The position numbers were made by a program, and so were the translations under genes. The notes beneath the pieces are model-generated. The model saw only the letters and a list, made by a program, of their open reading frames with translations. It was not told the origin of the DNA and did no database searches. A stretch of 14,502 bases of DNA, from positions 1-14,502 of the forward strand of contig JAYENL010000035.1 in the NCBI GenBank assembly GCA_034722055.1. Reading direction: 5' to 3'. This DNA is from Armatimonadota bacterium. Lineage in GTDB: Bacteria; Armatimonadota; Zipacnadia; Zipacnadales; UBA5352. This document shows positions 1 to 8,262 of this stretch, in pieces; position 1 is the stretch's first letter; each line of letters begins with the position of its first letter.

Positions 1-1
1 G

Positions 2-124
2 CTGAATGTGCCCGAGGACCCGGACGACGATGCGCACAGACTCGATGACGAGCGCTCGGTGCCGGCGCCCGGCGAGATGTGGAAGGATCCGTTCACGCAG
101 CCGGCCTACGCCGAAGTGCGGTGA
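2..124 (+). CDS. 3' end of an upstream hypothetical protein (partial, acidic/Pro-rich)
   Basis: Frame open from the window edge: LNVPEDPDDDAHRLDDERSVPAPGEMWKDPFTQPAYAEVR*, TGA at 122-124. Third positions are mostly G/C and composition resembles the next gene. Absent from the ORF track because the start is outside the window. Confidence 0.7.
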   Translation: MNVPEDPDDDAHRLDDERSVPAPGEMWKDPFTQPAYAEVR

Positions 125-172
125 GGCCCGGGCGCGGCGGAGCCGAGGGGACGTTCTGAAGAGGTGCCATGC

Positions 173-3100
173 ATGCGTGCGAAGCCACTGACGCTCATTG
201 TGCTTGCGCTGATCCTGGCGATGCCCGCATTCGCGCAGGGCCCGCCGCCGTGGGAGGTGCGGGCGTATCTGTCCACGTACACCGACGGCGCCGGGTCGGG
301 GACGGGGTCGTGGACGTGGAACATGACGGCGGTGCGCCACCGATACGTGTGCCCCTACTGCGGCTACAGCACCGACCACATCAGCGCGGCGGGGGATACC
401 TGCCCGAACCCCTTCGGCATAGCCAGCCATCCGGCGGACGTGGAACTGGTGCCCGCCTCGCCCAAGGACCGCATTCTGGACTATCTGGGGGTCACCGCTG
501 AGGACGTTAACGGGAACGCAGCCAACCCGCTGATCGGCCGGCCGTTCCACCCTGGCGGGGCGGACTGGGAGGACCTGGACTGGAACAACGGCCCTCCCGG
601 CACCGACATCCCGTGGGAGGTGCCGACGCTCGCCAACGTGGCCTCCTTCGTGACCGCGCGCATGGACAGCGAGACTGTGAGCGGGCTGTTCGATACCGGC
701 TACGGACTGCGCTTCCTGGTCATCGAGCCGGGCTCTGTGCGGGCCGAAGCCAGCTTCCGCTACGTCAGTGATGCCGAGGCTCCCACCCTCACCCCGACCT
801 TCTATCGCACTGTCGGGGGCGGCACAGTTGCGGCGGCGGACTATAAGATCCACGTTAATCCCTACCGGGTGTCTAACGGCGATGTGTGGTATATCCGGCA
901 TCTGCAGACCGCGGCCGGCACGGCCGAGGTGGAGGCGTACAGCAAGCTCTACGGTCTGGACTTCGACAGCGCGGGCGCGATCGACGCAGGGCAGTACGCG
1001 ACGGACGGTGGGTGTCGGATCATCACCGACAGCGGCGCACTGATGGTGGACGTGCCCGCGATCACGGGCGCCCTCGGCGACGCGGGCCGGATCATCAAGC
1101 TGGTCATCGACTCCAACACGCAGACGCTGCCCTCGCCGCTGGAGATGGACTATGACTTCTGGGACGGGGAGGGTATCTACACCGATCCCGACCAGGTGGA
1201 GCCGGTCATCCCCGCGGGCAGCATGGGCCCCGAGCTGTCCGACAGCTATGGCGCCAAGGGCTGCTACGTGCTGGCGGACCTGACCGTCGATCCCATCCTG
1301 TCCACGGCGAACCCGGCCAACACCACCGACTGGCTGGTGGTGGAGAAGAGCGGGGAGACCTTCAACACCGCGCAGATATGGCCCTATCGCGTGCCGCCGG
1401 AGGCGGCCGGGGTGGGGCGGATTATGCTGCAGTGGTCGCCGCTGACGGCCGCCGGCCAGCCCGTCGGGGTGTCGGCCGGCGGCACCACGGTATACTACCG
1501 GGAGGGCAGCGAGTGGCACTACATGGCGGATCTGAACGCCCCGGCGACGCAGCACGTGACCAACGGCGACGTCGCCGCGCACACCGCGATGGGAGGCAAC
1601 GCGGCGTTTGTCGACACGCGCTTCATGTGCTCCCGGCCGGACGTGGACCTGGATCCGGCAGCCGACTTCGACCCCCTGGATGCGCATGATGACGTGGTCG
1701 TCAATGACCGCTGGGTGGACCCGGCGGGCAACGTGCACGCATCGTTCGTACAGGACGACGAGCCAGCGACCGGGGGGCTGCCACGCCTGATTCTCGGCGA
1801 GCTGTTCCCGGGCACCAGCGATGACTGGGGCGGGGAGTACAACCCCGGCACGCGGACGCCGACGCGGCTGTTCTCCGTCGCCAACAGGACGCCAGTGACG
1901 ACGCTGGTCTGTCCGGTCGATGAGGGCGGGTGTGGAGCGCGGTTCGAAGAGGGGATGGAGTATCTCCCCGGTAACCCGCTGGACGCCGGCGACCTGTGTC
2001 CGGTGTGCATGCAGCATACGACAGGTGGCCCGGTGGGCGTCAGGCTGGAGGAGGCGCCCGGCGAGGCGGACCTGCATTACGACGCCCACGACGCCCCGGA
2101 GACGCGGCTGGGGACGTCCCGTCACTGGATGACGCCCGATGCCATCAAGTTCGGGCCCTCGGGCAGCCGGGTGCCGATGGGGGCGCCGGACTTCCGCCAG
2201 GATGTCCACGTGGAGATCCCGCCCTACCAGCCGCCATCCGTGCCGTCGCGGGACACGTTCTTCGACAACGACCTGCCGAACGACCAGCCCTACGAGGGGC
2301 TGATGCTGGCCTTCCATCAGACAGGCGACGAGGCGGACGAGATGGACGGGAACTTCGCGTGGGACTGGTACTACGAGGCACCGCAGACGGGGAGGAAGTT
2401 CGACGATCCCACGACCGTGCCCAATGACTCCCACGCCGACTGGACCTGTCCGGTGTGCGGCACGCGCGTGTCCAATGCCCTGATTGGGGACCTCGACGGC
2501 GACGGGGACGACGACTGCCCGTTCTGCCTGGCCGATCCGGAGAAGCCAGCCGCGGCCCCGTTCATTGGCTACGACACGCTGGTGGCCGAGGAGTACGACC
2601 CCTTCGGGCTGCGGGTGTCGGTGCTGCGGAAGGCGGCGCTGGCGGCGGATGAGCGGATCGTGGACCTGGGATGGGTGGCGCCGGGCGTGCCGCAGGATGC
2701 GCCTAACACCGTGAACGAGCCGGCCGAGAGGCAGCCGGGGGACGAGGCGTGGCCGACGGATGTGTCCACGCGGTCGGATGTGCCGGTGCGCAACGAGGGC
2801 AACATCGCCTCAGTGGCCCGGATGCGCTCGGGCTTTTTGTTCCGCACGGAGATCGACAGCGAGGTGCGCTCCTATCCGCGGTGGGCGCAGAGCGTGCCGT
2901 TGACGGTGGGGACGCTGTTCCGCTACCGCCCGGGCATCCCCGAGGATGTGGAGTTCGGGGCGGCCGCGTGGAACCTGTGGCGGCAGCAGGCGACGGGCGC
3001 GGCCGGCGAGCGAGCCACCTCGCGGCTGCAGGCGGGGGTCCGCTCGACGGCCGGGCCCTATGCGGGCACCATCAAGCCGGTTCCGATGGGCCAGCCGGCG

Positions 3101-5545
3101 GGCAACTACGCCAATGAAGTGCTGCTCTACATTGACCTCGATCAGGACGGGGCCCTGGACTTCTACGACGCCCTGGCGGGTGTGACGGATACGACGACGC
3201 AGGAGTTCGACCCGGACGTGGATGAGCCGTTTGAGCCGGTGGCCTCCTTCGCGACGCGAATGCGGGTGGTGGAATCGCGGCTGCCGCACAGCGACTTCTA
3301 CTCCAAGGACGTCGAACCCACGGTGCTCTACGATGCATCGCGGGGCAACCTGCAGGTGCTGTGGGCGGGGCAACGCATCTCTGCGACCGGCGCCGGCTCG
3401 GCCGCGGCGGCGGGCACGTCGGACGCCGACCGGCCGTCACCGGGCGATCCGTTCAACCTGATGTACGCGAACGCAGAGCTGCGTCTCTTTGGTCCTGATC
3501 CGGTGTACCGGGGCTGGCTGTGGAGCCCGGCCGGGGCGCTGCCGGATGAGGCCGATGCGCTGACCGCCAGCACAGGTGCGGAGACCAACGCCTCGCCGAC
3601 CGCCTATGTGGATGGGGCCAACAACCAGCGGTGGGCCATGTGGCATCGCTCCCTGGCGACCGATCAGGGCCTGAGCTCGCAGCTCCGCTTCGACGGCTCC
3701 GCGAGCGTGGACTGGGACGGCTCCACGGCCACGGAGTTCCTGTTCGGAACCGGAGGCGCGCACCGGGGCCTGACCGGCTTCGTGCGGGAGGGCGCGGCCA
3801 ACCGCCACTGGCTGTTCTGGCACGCGGGGCCGAAGGGCCGGGAGCATCTGCGCTATCGCTGGGAGTTCGACCCGACTTCCGGGACGATTCCCGGGGACGC
3901 GCTGCTGCATGTGAGCAACACCGCGGCAGGCGGGCCGTATGACTTCTTCGCAGTGGATGTGGCGGGGGAGACCTACCGCTACCGGAAGCCAGCGGAGAGT
4001 CCCTTTACCTACGTGAAGCAGCCGAGCGCCTTCGGCAGCGAGGTGGGCGACCCGGCGAACCCGGAGTTCCAGGCTGACGTGTTCTTCACCGGACACATCC
4101 GGGCGCTGGGCAACTCCGACATCTGCTGGACGCGCTTCAACTTCGGCCCCATCGGGGGCGCCGACTTCCCCTACAACGGGGTGGACAACAACTACGGCAA
4201 GGTGCCGTTCCCGCGGGTGGTCAACGCGGACGGGATGCGGATGCCGGAGATCTACGATGGCGAGGGCGACCTGCGCGGGTACGCGGGCGAGCAGCTGCAG
4301 CCCAGCCCGCGGCGGGAGTCCTTCCAGAGTCGCGACATCGACTGGCTGGTGACGAAGGAGGTGCCGGACCCGGCGGCGCCGGACGAGCCGTTCAACTTCG
4401 AGACCAAGCCGGACTGGACGGCGTGGCTGGCGGAGAACTTCGGGATGGAGGAGTACGACGATCCGAGGTTCTACGTGGGCGTGGTGACCGAGGCCGGCGG
4501 GACGCGGACGGAGGACCTCTATGCCGTGAGTTGGGCCAATGGGAGCTACGATCGCGGCAGCGGGATCTACACCGTGACGCCGGTGCTGACCGGAATCTCA
4601 TCCGGTGGCATCTTCGAGCTGCCGCTGAATCCGGGCCATCCGGACAATAACCACCTGGGCGAGCTGATCGACCCGGCGGTGCGGAGAGAGGCCGAGGACC
4701 AGGGAGCCTTCGGCGGGCCGGGCGACTACAGCAGCTTCATGTGGCCATCGGTGCGCCTGAGGATCAGCCCGGCGTCGGGGACGCTGAAGTGGTCGTCGCC
4801 GCTGTTCAACCCCGACAACCCTCAAGACCGGCTGGCGGTGTTCAACTCCGGGAACACGCCGGGCATCGTGGATGTCGTGATGTATGCCGACTACACGCCC
4901 TTCGTGCGGCGGGTGACGACCGACGAGGCGAACGACGACAGCCCCTCGGCCTTCTACGACCTGGCCGGGAGCAGCCGGCTGACGGTCTTCTGGCGGCGCA
5001 GCTACGGGGGGACGGACACGCCGCACTTCGGCCGCCCGTCCTTCATGCACCGCTCGTTCACCCGCGCTCTGCAGGTGGCCAGGCCGCCGATCACGGCCGG
5101 GGACATCTCGGAGGTGTGGGACGTGACGGCTGGCGAGGAGCCGCCGTGGGTGCTCAGCTCCGAGGAGAACGGGATCATCACGATCGAGCCGGACGCAGCC
5201 ACCACACCGGCGCGTGTAGGACACCGCATCCGGGTGAGCTACAACGGCCAGGTGGAGCAGCACCGGGTGATCGGCTGGAGCACCGAGACGCCGGTGCCGG
5301 TGAACGCGGTGATCGCGGAAGGCCCGCTGCGCGTAGTGCCCGAGATCTATACGGTGCCGGGCACCAACTTCCAGACGGTTCGCTACTGGCTGCTGTGGTC
5401 GAGCGCGCGGAGCGTCTTCGACCTGCGCCAGCCGGACCAGGACGGCCAACAGGTGCAGCAGGCCACGGACGTCTACCTGGCGGTGGTGGCGCCGGAGTAC
5501 GGGAGTCTGATTGCGGACCTGCAGGTGCCACGGGTTGGTCCGTAA
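173..5545 (+). CDS. Very large secreted hypothetical protein (~1790 aa) with CxxC knuckles, DxDxDG loops, Ig-like and beta-propeller-like repeats; candidate pilus-associated/PilY1-like adhesin
   Basis: 5.4-kb ORF with strong GC3 bias. The ORF track starts at GTG 164, but ATG 173 lies 7 nt after GAGGT (161-165) and gives a Sec-type signal MRAKPLTLIVLALILAMPAFA|Q. Motifs CPYC, CPVC (x2), CPFC, DLDGDGDDD, DLDQDGALD. The CDS is secure; the function is inferred. Confidence 0.85.
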   Translation: MRAKPLTLIVLALILAMPAFAQGPPPWEVRAYLSTYTDGAGSGTGSWTWNMTAVRHRYVCPYCGYSTDHISAAGDTCPNPFGIASHPADVELVPASPKDRILDYLGVTAEDVNGNAANPLIGRPFHPGGADWEDLDWNNGPPGTDIPWEVPTLANVASFVTARMDSETVSGLFDTGYGLRFLVIEPGSVRAEASFRYVSDAEAPTLTPTFYRTVGGGTVAAADYKIHVNPYRVSNGDVWYIRHLQTAAGTAEVEAYSKLYGLDFDSAGAIDAGQYATDGGCRIITDSGALMVDVPAITGALGDAGRIIKLVIDSNTQTLPSPLEMDYDFWDGEGIYTDPDQVEPVIPAGSMGPELSDSYGAKGCYVLADLTVDPILSTANPANTTDWLVVEKSGETFNTAQIWPYRVPPEAAGVGRIMLQWSPLTAAGQPVGVSAGGTTVYYREGSEWHYMADLNAPATQHVTNGDVAAHTAMGGNAAFVDTRFMCSRPDVDLDPAADFDPLDAHDDVVVNDRWVDPAGNVHASFVQDDEPATGGLPRLILGELFPGTSDDWGGEYNPGTRTPTRLFSVANRTPVTTLVCPVDEGGCGARFEEGMEYLPGNPLDAGDLCPVCMQHTTGGPVGVRLEEAPGEADLHYDAHDAPETRLGTSRHWMTPDAIKFGPSGSRVPMGAPDFRQDVHVEIPPYQPPSVPSRDTFFDNDLPNDQPYEGLMLAFHQTGDEADEMDGNFAWDWYYEAPQTGRKFDDPTTVPNDSHADWTCPVCGTRVSNALIGDLDGDGDDDCPFCLADPEKPAAAPFIGYDTLVAEEYDPFGLRVSVLRKAALAADERIVDLGWVAPGVPQDAPNTVNEPAERQPGDEAWPTDVSTRSDVPVRNEGNIASVARMRSGFLFRTEIDSEVRSYPRWAQSVPLTVGTLFRYRPGIPEDVEFGAAAWNLWRQQATGAAGERATSRLQAGVRSTAGPYAGTIKPVPMGQPAGNYANEVLLYIDLDQDGALDFYDALAGVTDTTTQEFDPDVDEPFEPVASFATRMRVVESRLPHSDFYSKDVEPTVLYDASRGNLQVLWAGQRISATGAGSAAAAGTSDADRPSPGDPFNLMYANAELRLFGPDPVYRGWLWSPAGALPDEADALTASTGAETNASPTAYVDGANNQRWAMWHRSLATDQGLSSQLRFDGSASVDWDGSTATEFLFGTGGAHRGLTGFVREGAANRHWLFWHAGPKGREHLRYRWEFDPTSGTIPGDALLHVSNTAAGGPYDFFAVDVAGETYRYRKPAESPFTYVKQPSAFGSEVGDPANPEFQADVFFTGHIRALGNSDICWTRFNFGPIGGADFPYNGVDNNYGKVPFPRVVNADGMRMPEIYDGEGDLRGYAGEQLQPSPRRESFQSRDIDWLVTKEVPDPAAPDEPFNFETKPDWTAWLAENFGMEEYDDPRFYVGVVTEAGGTRTEDLYAVSWANGSYDRGSGIYTVTPVLTGISSGGIFELPLNPGHPDNNHLGELIDPAVRREAEDQGAFGGPGDYSSFMWPSVRLRISPASGTLKWSSPLFNPDNPQDRLAVFNSGNTPGIVDVVMYADYTPFVRRVTTDEANDDSPSAFYDLAGSSRLTVFWRRSYGGTDTPHFGRPSFMHRSFTRALQVARPPITAGDISEVWDVTAGEEPPWVLSSEENGIITIEPDAATTPARVGHRIRVSYNGQVEQHRVIGWSTETPVPVNAVIAEGPLRVVPEIYTVPGTNFQTVRYWLLWSSARSVFDLRQPDQDGQQVQQATDVYLAVVAPEYGSLIADLQVPRVGP

Positions 5546-5746
5546 GAGGGGGCGGCGGGACGGACTCGGGCATCGACCAGAAAACTTAAGCCTGGGGCGA
5601 AGGAGAGGGGCCGCCGCGCGGGGAAATGGGCGTGCGAGAATGGACGCGGAGCCTGTTGGCCGGGGCTCGGGCGAGGGCTTCGAGCTGCCCTGGGAAGGGT
5701 CGAAGCAGAGCGGCTTCGGCATGGAGTGAGCCCGGTGGCGGAGCAC

Positions 5747-5776
5747 TTGACAGGTTCCGGCTCGATGTAATAGAGT
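5747..5776 (+). promoter_or_regulatory. Putative sigma70-type promoter of the pilM operon
   Basis: Perfect TTGACA (5747-5752), 18-bp spacer, TAGAGT (5771-5776, TAnnnT) in a local AT-rich patch upstream of pilM. RBS AGGAGG precedes ATG 5853. Confidence 0.65.
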
Positions 5777-5852
5777 AACCTCAGGATCAGGCTGCCCCCC
5801 GGCGGCTGGCGAACGGGGATTCTGAGCTGGTCTATGGCAGGAGGAGCGCCAC

Positions 5853-7184
5853 ATGGCTAAGGGCGCCACACACGTCCTGGGCCTGGATATCGGAACAGCA
5901 TTCATCAAGGCAGCGGAGATCCAACTGCGAGGCGATGAGTACCACGTGGTGGGGCGGCCGGCGGTGATCCCCACTCCCGAGAATGCTGTACGCGGGGGGG
6001 TTGTGGTGGATGCCCCCGCGGTCGCCGAGGCGCTTGAGGAGATACGCGTCCGCTACGGGGCCGGCGTGAAGAGGGCTGTCGCCTCCGTGGGCGGCGATGC
6101 CTCGGTGGTGGTACGCATCACCGAGGTCCCCAGCATGTCGGACCGGGAGCTGGACGAGGCCATTCAGTGGGAGCTGGATGAGCAGACGCCCTTCCCCGTT
6201 GACGAGGTCATCTACGACTACTCCCCCATCGAGCGCCCCGACGCCGACCCTGAAGCCACGGAGATGGAAGTGCTGCTGGCGGTGGCTCAGGAGGACCTGG
6301 TTGACGCGCACGTCGATGCCATGCAGGGGGCGGGAATGGTACCCGTGGCGATTGACGTGGAGCCGCTGGCGATCGGCCGGGCACTGGTGGATGCCGCAGG
6401 CGATGCGTTCGCCGATCAGACTGTGGTCAACGTGCACATCGGCGCGACTACGACCCTCATTCTCGTATTCCGCCACAAGCTGCTGAGCTTCGTTCGCGTG
6501 ATCCCGTCGGCGGGCGAGAATCTGACGCAGGTGCTGGCGCAGAATCTGATGGTCGATCAGGATCAGGCGGAGATGATCAAGCTGGAGCTGGGGCGCGTGT
6601 ACGCCGGGAGGTTCGTGCCCGAGGAGGAGGAGGACGAGTTCGCGGGCGCGGGAATGTTCGAGGAGGAGGGGGAAGAGGAGCTGGAGTCGGACTCGGTCTT
6701 TGAGCTGTCGAGCACCGACGAGGGCTCGGCAACGATCGAGCCGGACGAGGGAGCCACGCGGCTGGACATCGAGGAGGACTTGGAGGGCCCGCCCGAGGAG
6801 GAGGCGCCGCCACCGCCGGAGGAGCCGGAGGCGACCGGGGAACAGGCCTCCGACCTGGTTGAGGCCCGGGAGATCGTGGCTGACGTCCTGACCGAGCCGG
6901 CGTTGGACGTGGCGACCGAGGTGCGGAAGTCGCTGGACTTCTACCGGCGCCGGCACCGGAACGAGCCGGTTGACCGCATCCTGGTGACCGGGGGCAGCGC
7001 CAAGCTGGATGGATTGACCGACATGATCCGCGAGGAGACCGGGGTGGAGGCCACTGAGGTCGGGAACCCCTTCCAGTACTTGACGATTGATGAGCCTGGC
7101 ATACCCGAGCAGTACCTGCGCGACATAGCCCCGTCGATGGTCATCGCAGTGGGTCTGGCGCTGCGGGACATGGTCCCGGCGTGA
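5853..7184 (+). CDS. pilM: Type IV pilus assembly protein PilM (actin/FtsA-like) with acidic insertion
   Basis: VLGLDIGTAFIK phosphate-1 motif, PFPVDEVIYDY, VLLAVA, AIDVEPLAIGRAL, EVRKSLDFY, ILVTGGSAKLDGL, NPF, IAVGLALR. First gene of an M-N-O-P-Q array with a strong RBS. Confidence 0.95.
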   Translation: MAKGATHVLGLDIGTAFIKAAEIQLRGDEYHVVGRPAVIPTPENAVRGGVVVDAPAVAEALEEIRVRYGAGVKRAVASVGGDASVVVRITEVPSMSDRELDEAIQWELDEQTPFPVDEVIYDYSPIERPDADPEATEMEVLLAVAQEDLVDAHVDAMQGAGMVPVAIDVEPLAIGRALVDAAGDAFADQTVVNVHIGATTTLILVFRHKLLSFVRVIPSAGENLTQVLAQNLMVDQDQAEMIKLELGRVYAGRFVPEEEEDEFAGAGMFEEEGEEELESDSVFELSSTDEGSATIEPDEGATRLDIEEDLEGPPEEEAPPPPEEPEATGEQASDLVEAREIVADVLTEPALDVATEVRKSLDFYRRRHRNEPVDRILVTGGSAKLDGLTDMIREETGVEATEVGNPFQYLTIDEPGIPEQYLRDIAPSMVIAVGLALRDMVPA

Positions 7185-7229
7185 GCGGCCAGCGACGGCG
7201 GCACCGCAGCATAATGTGAGGGATCGCAG

Positions 7230-8192
7230 TTGCTGAGAATCGACCTTCTGCCAAGGCACTTCGCGGTTGCGCGTACGAACAAGATCCTCATCGGTCTGTT
7301 CGTGGCGCTGCTGATCGCAGTAGGGGTCGTGGGAGCCGGTGCGGTGCTGCTCGTGCACAGGCAGATTGGGCAGACGCAGGCGGATATCGACGACATCAAG
7401 CCCAAGGCTGAGGAGACAAAGGAGATCCAGGCTGAGACGCAGAGTCTGCAGTTGCAACTGGAGCCGATCCAGAACCGGGTGGACTTCGTTGCGGAGGCCG
7501 ACGAGTCCGGGGCGCAGTTCTGGGACCGCTTCCACGCTATCAACGAATACATCTATGACAAGGCCCGCGTGACACGGTTCAGCATCACAATCCCGTCCAA
7601 CGTCAACTTCGACGTCATTGTGGGTGACACCACGGAGGCGGCGCGGTTCCTACTGAACCTTATCCGTTGTCCGCATCTGACCAGCATCAGCATCTCCGGC
7701 CTTCCCGCCGGCATGTCGATCGAGGGAGCCGGTGGGGCCGGACGCGGCTTCGCGCCTATGGGTGCGGGGGCGATGCCCGGCGAGGGCATGATGGGGATGG
7801 AAGAGCCGGGGATGGCCCCCGAGCCCGGCATGATGGAAGGGCCGGCCATGGGCGGCCCCGCGATGGGTGGTCCCGCGATGGGCGGGCCTCCGATGGGTGG
7901 AGGTGGCCGTGGCGGGAGGACCGCCACTGGCGAGATCGCCCTGAGCGTCTCCGCGCAGTTGACCGTACCCGTGAGCGAGCCGACGCCTCCCAGCGGCGCT
8001 GCCGCCGGAGCCGCCGGCCGGGGCGCAGGCATGGGCATGGGGATGGGCCCGGAGATGGGCATGGGGCCTGGGATGGGCATGGGCGAAGGCGGGCCGCCGG
8101 GAGCCGGCATGCCCGGTGAAGCCATGCCGCCCGGCGAAGGCATGGGCCCGCCCGGCGAAGAGATGGCCCCGCCCGGCGAGGCAGGGCCTTAG
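7230..8192 (+). CDS. pilN: Type IV pilus assembly protein PilN-like with Met/Gly/Pro-rich insert and tail
   Basis: TTG start after GAGGGA. N-terminal RIDLLP matches the PilN INLLP PilM-binding motif, followed by one TM helix, a coiled coil and a periplasmic alpha/beta domain. Directly follows pilM. Confidence 0.85.
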   Translation: MLRIDLLPRHFAVARTNKILIGLFVALLIAVGVVGAGAVLLVHRQIGQTQADIDDIKPKAEETKEIQAETQSLQLQLEPIQNRVDFVAEADESGAQFWDRFHAINEYIYDKARVTRFSITIPSNVNFDVIVGDTTEAARFLLNLIRCPHLTSISISGLPAGMSIEGAGGAGRGFAPMGAGAMPGEGMMGMEEPGMAPEPGMMEGPAMGGPAMGGPAMGGPPMGGGGRGGRTATGEIALSVSAQLTVPVSEPTPPSGAAAGAAGRGAGMGMGMGPEMGMGPGMGMGEGGPPGAGMPGEAMPPGEGMGPPGEEMAPPGEAGP

Positions 8193-8262
8193 GGCCTCAG
8201 TAGCGCGGTCGGCGAGGAGATTGGCCACAACGCGCACAGCATAGGACGGCAGGAGTGGAGCG

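Noticed and set aside
6..191. 61-aa + strand ORF at the window start
   Set aside because: Arg-rich off-frame reading; the frame ending at TGA 124 has the genome-like codon pattern.
1997..2017. c-type heme motif in the large protein (CPVCMQH)
   Set aside because: Not CxxCH; the His is three residues after the second Cys, and the other CxxC motifs lack an adjacent His.
5511..5729. 72-aa ORF in the gap before pilM
   Set aside because: Overlaps the large gene, has no convincing RBS or motif, and has atypical codon usage.
7207..8243. CAGCATA present upstream of both pilN and pilO
   Set aside because: Only a 7-bp match in two places, at different distances from the start codons; cannot be distinguished from chance.
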